Part shown: positions 34,097 through 38,872 of the stretch, piece after piece
How positions within the stretch are numbered: the first letter of the stretch is position 1
Layout: each line of letters starts with the position of its first letter
Assembly: GCF_001194135.2 (NCBI RefSeq)
Contig: NC_068982.1
Location: 4,058,271 to 4,097,142 of the forward strand
Direction: 5' to 3'
DNA: 38,872 nucleotides
Source of the DNA: Octopus bimaculoides
Lineage: Eukaryota
Notes under the pieces: model-generated
Seen by the model: the letters and a program-made list of their open reading frames with translations, nothing else
Databases searched by the model: none
What the model was told of the DNA's origin: nothing
Translations under genes and position numbers: made by a program

Positions 34097-34817
34097 AAAT
34101 GCAAAAAGTGGAACAGGAACGCAACAGACGACAATAAAACATCCGGACAGATATACGATACGAAGACGGACAAGAAAAAACAAGAACGGGTCATTCGCAG
34201 TCTTCTCTCATCAGTCAAGTTTCCAAATCATCCTTACAGTTTTTGTCTGTTACGCTTGAGACTGTTCAAATCTGGCTGGCCCCAAAAATCTAAGCTAAGA
34301 GCATTAACTTTTTTGGGAAAAAGTAAGCGAATGTGTACGACAACAAAGACAAAGAAAAAAACCCCCGAGAAAATGCTACACAATTACAAATAGAAGCAAC
34401 AAAAAAATAACGTCTTTCGACTAATAAGTGTGTAGAATGAAAGCCTTGAGGCAGGAGCATAGGAGATGAACATATTTATATAGATACGTATGCATGCATG
34501 CATATATGCGCGCGCGTGCTGCGTGCTGCGTGGTATTTTCTCCATGAATGCAAGAGGCACTCTGCACTTGCTTAAATTATCTAAATGAATGAACTAGAAT
34601 TTTTCATTCCAATCTAAATCGTTCTTTTTTACGAGAGGCTCTTGGAATGAGGTTAATTAAATTCTACATGTACCACGTTTCAATTATATGGGTATGGTTT
34701 TTAAAATTGCATTTTCTTGTTTAAGTTCTATGCGTCGCTCCTGATATAAACGTACACAACACAACACACACAAATGCAAACATGTGAAGGCACATATTGA
34801 ATCGAAATGAACTAAAT

Positions 34818-34819
<2 letters not shown>

Positions 34820-34882
<63 letters not shown>
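34820..34882. repeat. (GA)n microsatellite
   Basis: Direct reading. Confidence 0.95.
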
Positions 34883-34888
<6 letters not shown>

Positions 34889-35909
34889 AAGAAAAGGGTG
34901 TTAAAAACAGGAGAAAGGGAAAAAAAGCAACAGGAAGAAAGAAAAGGAACTCGAAGAGATTTTAATTGGTTATGTTAGTGTTAGATTATTTAAACTTCAT
35001 AGAACAATATAATATGCACCATAAAAATCAACAATCAACAGAAATCAGAAAGTTATTTGTTACAGATCTTTTTTTCCTGTGAATTCGATGTTGAGGTCAG
35101 GATAGGAAAAGCTGTAGCAGTCCGCTGTTTTACAGTGATGAGGATAAAATAACAATGGCAAAGCTCGCGCACCTTTGGTAATAACTGCGTATGTTGCCGA
35201 TATTAGGAAGAGATTGTTTGCTATAAAGTAATGACTTGCGGCGTCTGAAAGCTAAAACGACTGTTCCTTAATATTCCAAGAGGATTCGCATTTACACATG
35301 ATGGAAAGCTGTATGTAGGTGGGAAAACAATGGGAAGTAAATTAGCTTATCTATGTTAACCTGCATTTAACCCAAGAATGTTCACTTAAGCAACAGAACT
35401 TATCGAAGTTTGACAGTTAACCCTTATAAATTTCTAAGTGCTAATGCTGAAAACAATGGAAAGGATCTTGTAGGAAAATCTAGGCTAGAGTTTCGGTTCC
35501 TGGCAAAGAATCCAGGAAACGATTAATCGCATGTGTAAAATTCCATTGCGCTAGTGATATTCTTGGAAGAATATTCTACTATTGTATGTGAAAACGTTGA
35601 AGCTGAATCAGTTAAAACCACGCAGAGAGGAGCCAACGAAGTAATCTATGCAGCCACTGGAACAGCTAGAAATACCAGCTAAACATTCCTGAAATACCAT
35701 TCTACAATGGTAAAAAGACAAGATAATCATTGCTGGAACTCCTTTGATTACAGGTCTGCTGTACCAGAGGAAACCTAGGGTTAAACAACACCTCTACCAT
35801 CCACGTAAACAGGTTTTCTTACTGGCGCCGTTTCATCAATATATTCCAGCTACATTTCAGTTATGACGTCCAGTTCATGGATTGGTGTGGACTCTAAATT
35901 CTAATATTG

Positions 35910-36116
35910 ATTCCAAATTTTGGTACAAGGCCAGCAATTCTGGGGTAAGGGTAAATCGATTAGATCGACCCCAGTACTCAACTGGTACTTATTTTATTGA
36001 ACCCGAAAGGATGAAAGGCAAAGTCGGTCTCGGTGGAATTTGAACTCAGAACGTAAAGACAGACGAAATACCGCTAAGCATCTCATCCGGCGTGCTAATG
36101 TTCCAGCCAGCTCGCA
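35910..36116 (-). mobile_element. SINE family D copy (alternative tail)
   Basis: Reverse complement of the D head/core; tail like 18073-18270. Confidence 0.85.
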
Positions 36117-36659
36117 TTTGAACTCAGAACGTTCCTCCGACTTTATGTTCTCAGTACTGGGGGGGGGGGTCGATGTAAATGATGAATCCCCCCCGAAATT
36201 GCTGGCTTTGTGTCAACGTTTGAAACCAATATTTGTTTGTTGTGTAAAGCAGTGAGGTGGCAAAAGCGTTAGCACGCCGGGAAAATTGCTTAGAAGCATT
36301 TCTTCCGAGTTGTCGCATATGATAACTTTGCACCACTTAGGTGACAACCCTCCAACTCAAGGATCTGTCTGGGTAGTCGTTGCTGGTGAGAGTTTTACGA
36401 GGTCGGGGTACAATTGCTATCTGAATCTTTTTTTAGTAGCCTTTCACGATATGCAGCAGAGGAGAGGTTTGACCTAGTCTTTGACTTGCCGGTCCCCACA
36501 CAGCGCACGTGGGTGAGGGGGATGGATAAAGTCATCTTCGGGCTGGTGACCGGGCTGGAATGTTTCAGAGTGGGCCTTGCTTAAGACTGAGGCCACACTG
36601 CTTGAAGTAGTCGAGCGATTAAGTCTACCGGACACAAGGACTACTTCATTATCGGATGA

Positions 36660-36989
36660 ACGAGCTGGCAAAACCGTTAGCACGCCGGACGAAAAGCCGA
36701 AATGCTTAACGGTATTTCGTCTGCCGTGACGTTCTGAGTTCAAATTCCGCCGAGGTCGACTTTGCCTTTCATCCTTTTGGGGTCGATAAATTAAGTACCA
36801 GTTATGCACTGGGTCGATGTAATCGACTTAATCCCTTTGTCTGTCCTTGTTTGTCCCCTCTGTGTGTAGCCCCTTGTGGGCAGTAAAGAAATAGGTATTT
36901 CGTCTGCCATTACGTTCTGAGTTCAAATTCCGCCGAGGTCGACTTTCAGGATCGACAAAGTACCAGTCAAGTACTGGGGTCGACTATCC
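36660..36989 (+). mobile_element. SINE family D full copy plus an adjacent partial tandem copy
   Basis: 36660-36895 is complete to aaagaaata; 36896-36989 repeats ggtatttcgtctgcc...gaggtcgacttt. Confidence 0.9.
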
Positions 36990-37582
36990 NNNNNNNNNNN
37001 NNNNNNNNNNNNNNNNNNNNNNNNNNNNNNNNNNNNNNNNNNNNNNNNNNNNNNNNNNNNNNNNNNNNNNNNNNNNNNNNNNNNNNNNNNNNNNNNNNNN
37101 NNNNNNNNNNNNNNNNNNNNNNNNNNNNNNNNNNNNNNNNNNNNNNNNNNNNNNNNNNNNNNNNNNNNNNNNNNNNNNNNNNNNNNNNNNNNNNNNNNNN
37201 NNNNNNNNNNNNNNNNNNNNNNNNNNNNNNNNNNNNNNNNNNNNNNNNNNNNNNNNNNNNNNNNNNNNNNNNNNNNNNNNNNNNNNNNNNNNNNNNNNNN
37301 NNNNNNNNNNNNNNNNNNNNNNNNNNNNNNNNNNNNNNNNNNNNNNNNNNNNNNNNNNNNNNNNNNNNNNNNNNNNNNNNNNNNNNNNNNNNNNNNNNNN
37401 NNNNNNNNNNNNNNNNNNNNNNNNNNNNNNNNNNNNNNNNNNNNNNNNNNNNNNNNNNNNNNNNNNNNNNNNNNNNNNNNNNNNNNNNNNNNNNNNNNNN
37501 NNNNNNNNNNNNNNNNNNNNNNNNNNNNNNNNNNNNNNNNNNNNNNNNNNNNNNNNNNNNNNNNNNNNNNNNNNNNNNNNNN

Positions 37583-37632
<50 letters not shown>
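37583..37632. repeat. (CT)n microsatellite after a gap
   Basis: Direct reading. Confidence 0.95.
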
Positions 37633-37635
<3 letters not shown>

Positions 37636-38556
37636 GTTCAAACGCAAATTAGTGAACGATTAAGGTTAGCAAGAATTTCGCATTACTCAAAATAAGTTCA
37701 TTTAGAAAGACTTGCGAAAAACCATAAATAAGCGTTTTTTTTTTTTAATAAATAAATTAACATCAGTGATTTATAGAAAGAATAGATAAAAATTAAATTA
37801 GAAAAAGAAAACTAATTAAGGTTTATGAATTATTGAAAGGCCCAGAATAATCTCACTTGCAAACTAACAATTACCACCTACTCCATCAAAGCCAGTGAAT
37901 CGTAATGCCATTTTTCATTGGAATCGGTGTGTTTAGAAAAGAAAATATTAATCTGGTTTACACCATTAACATTCTAACCTACTTGGATCTTCTTTCTGTT
38001 TTTTAATTCCGAAGGCCGCTGCAAGTTTCATCGAAGTTTCAGTCAAAATGGTTGCTATGAGCCTAGACTGAAAGTGTGTAAATCTTACACAATATCTTTC
38101 TGTATTAAAAGACTTACATAGTTCTAGTCATGTTCGAAAATATGATGAGACAGTCATGGCTGGATCACACGGATCATAGATTATCTTGATCAAGGCTAAT
38201 TACCGCCGCTACTGTTGTAAATGCCGTTGCCACCGCATCCTCCACTGCCACCGCATCCTCCACTGCCACCGCAGTTGTCGCCAATGTCGCTGCAGTGGCC
38301 GCTATCTCTGCTGCTCTTGTTCGTCGTACAAATGAATGCTTTAACCAGAACGGATCGCTGGGGAATACTTCATGGCATCGTATTACAGAAGAACCTTGCA
38401 GAGTTCCAGACAACCACAATGGTGAAATCTACGCAGGAACAAATGAAATAAACTTGTATTTATCACAATCACTCTTACACTCGCTCCGTGCATCATAATC
38501 TACATGGAACTCCAAACTTGCAATCGTACATCTATTTGTATACAAAAGAAAATACA

Positions 38557-38598
<42 letters not shown>

Positions 38599-38872
38599 AG
38601 AGAGAGAGAGAGAGAGAGAGGTTATGAGCGGTAGTGGTGTCAATTACACCCACAGGTTTCAGGTAATGCTGAGTAAGTGCTATGGATAGACCACAGTTAA
38701 GCTCCAGGTTCGGTGATTATGCGAATAAGGGGGCCAACGTAGGTCATATATCAGTGTGTGAATATAAGGATTTACTTTTCGTAATGAAATAAAAAACCAA
38801 GGCTGTGTATAATATAGAATATTCATAAATGCTTTAAAGTGTACACAACCTAGGTTTTTTTAATCTCATTGC

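Noticed and set aside
36425-36500. HDV-like ribozyme call (GGGGACC ... ACCTCTCCTC ... CTAA on the minus strand)
   Set aside because: No P1 3' strand (GGTCCCC) after P3 and no P2 complement after CTAA; kept only as an unclassified segment.
4853-37647. Long ORFs containing X runs and YI/HT/CV/RE repeats (e.g. 22375-23191, 25784-26518, 29539-29919, 36967-37647)
   Set aside because: They are translations of N gaps and microsatellites.

Overview
AT-rich, repeat-dense eukaryotic DNA from a draft short-read assembly, with large N gaps flanked by microsatellites. The SINE/LINE/microsatellite repertoire looks like an octopus (coleoid cephalopod) genome; this is inferred from recalled repeat families, not from a search. 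Most ORFs in the supplied track are spurious (repeats, microsatellites, gaps). The main genic content is a + strand intron-rich gene absent from the ORF track. Seven phase-compatible GT-AG exons (1693-1750, 6943-7096, 8866-9070, 13573-13685, 16443-16568, 17818-17973, 21842-22063) splice into about 343 uninterrupted codons of a protein I do not recognise, with a PDZ-like stretch and a His cluster; its 5' end is probably upstream of the window. The rest is mobile DNA: several tRNA-derived and RTE-tailed SINE families with swapped heads and tails, hAT and piggyBac MITEs with target-site duplications (TSDs), two maT-like (DD37D) mariner fossils, CR1, RTE and HERO/NeSL LINE fragments, and Penelope-type terminal sequences. 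The most unusual observations are two minimal hammerhead-ribozyme-like motifs (one behind a tRNA-like Pol III B box, one inside a ~70 bp inverted repeat) and an RTE LINE with an inverted 5' part and tandem C2H2 fingers.
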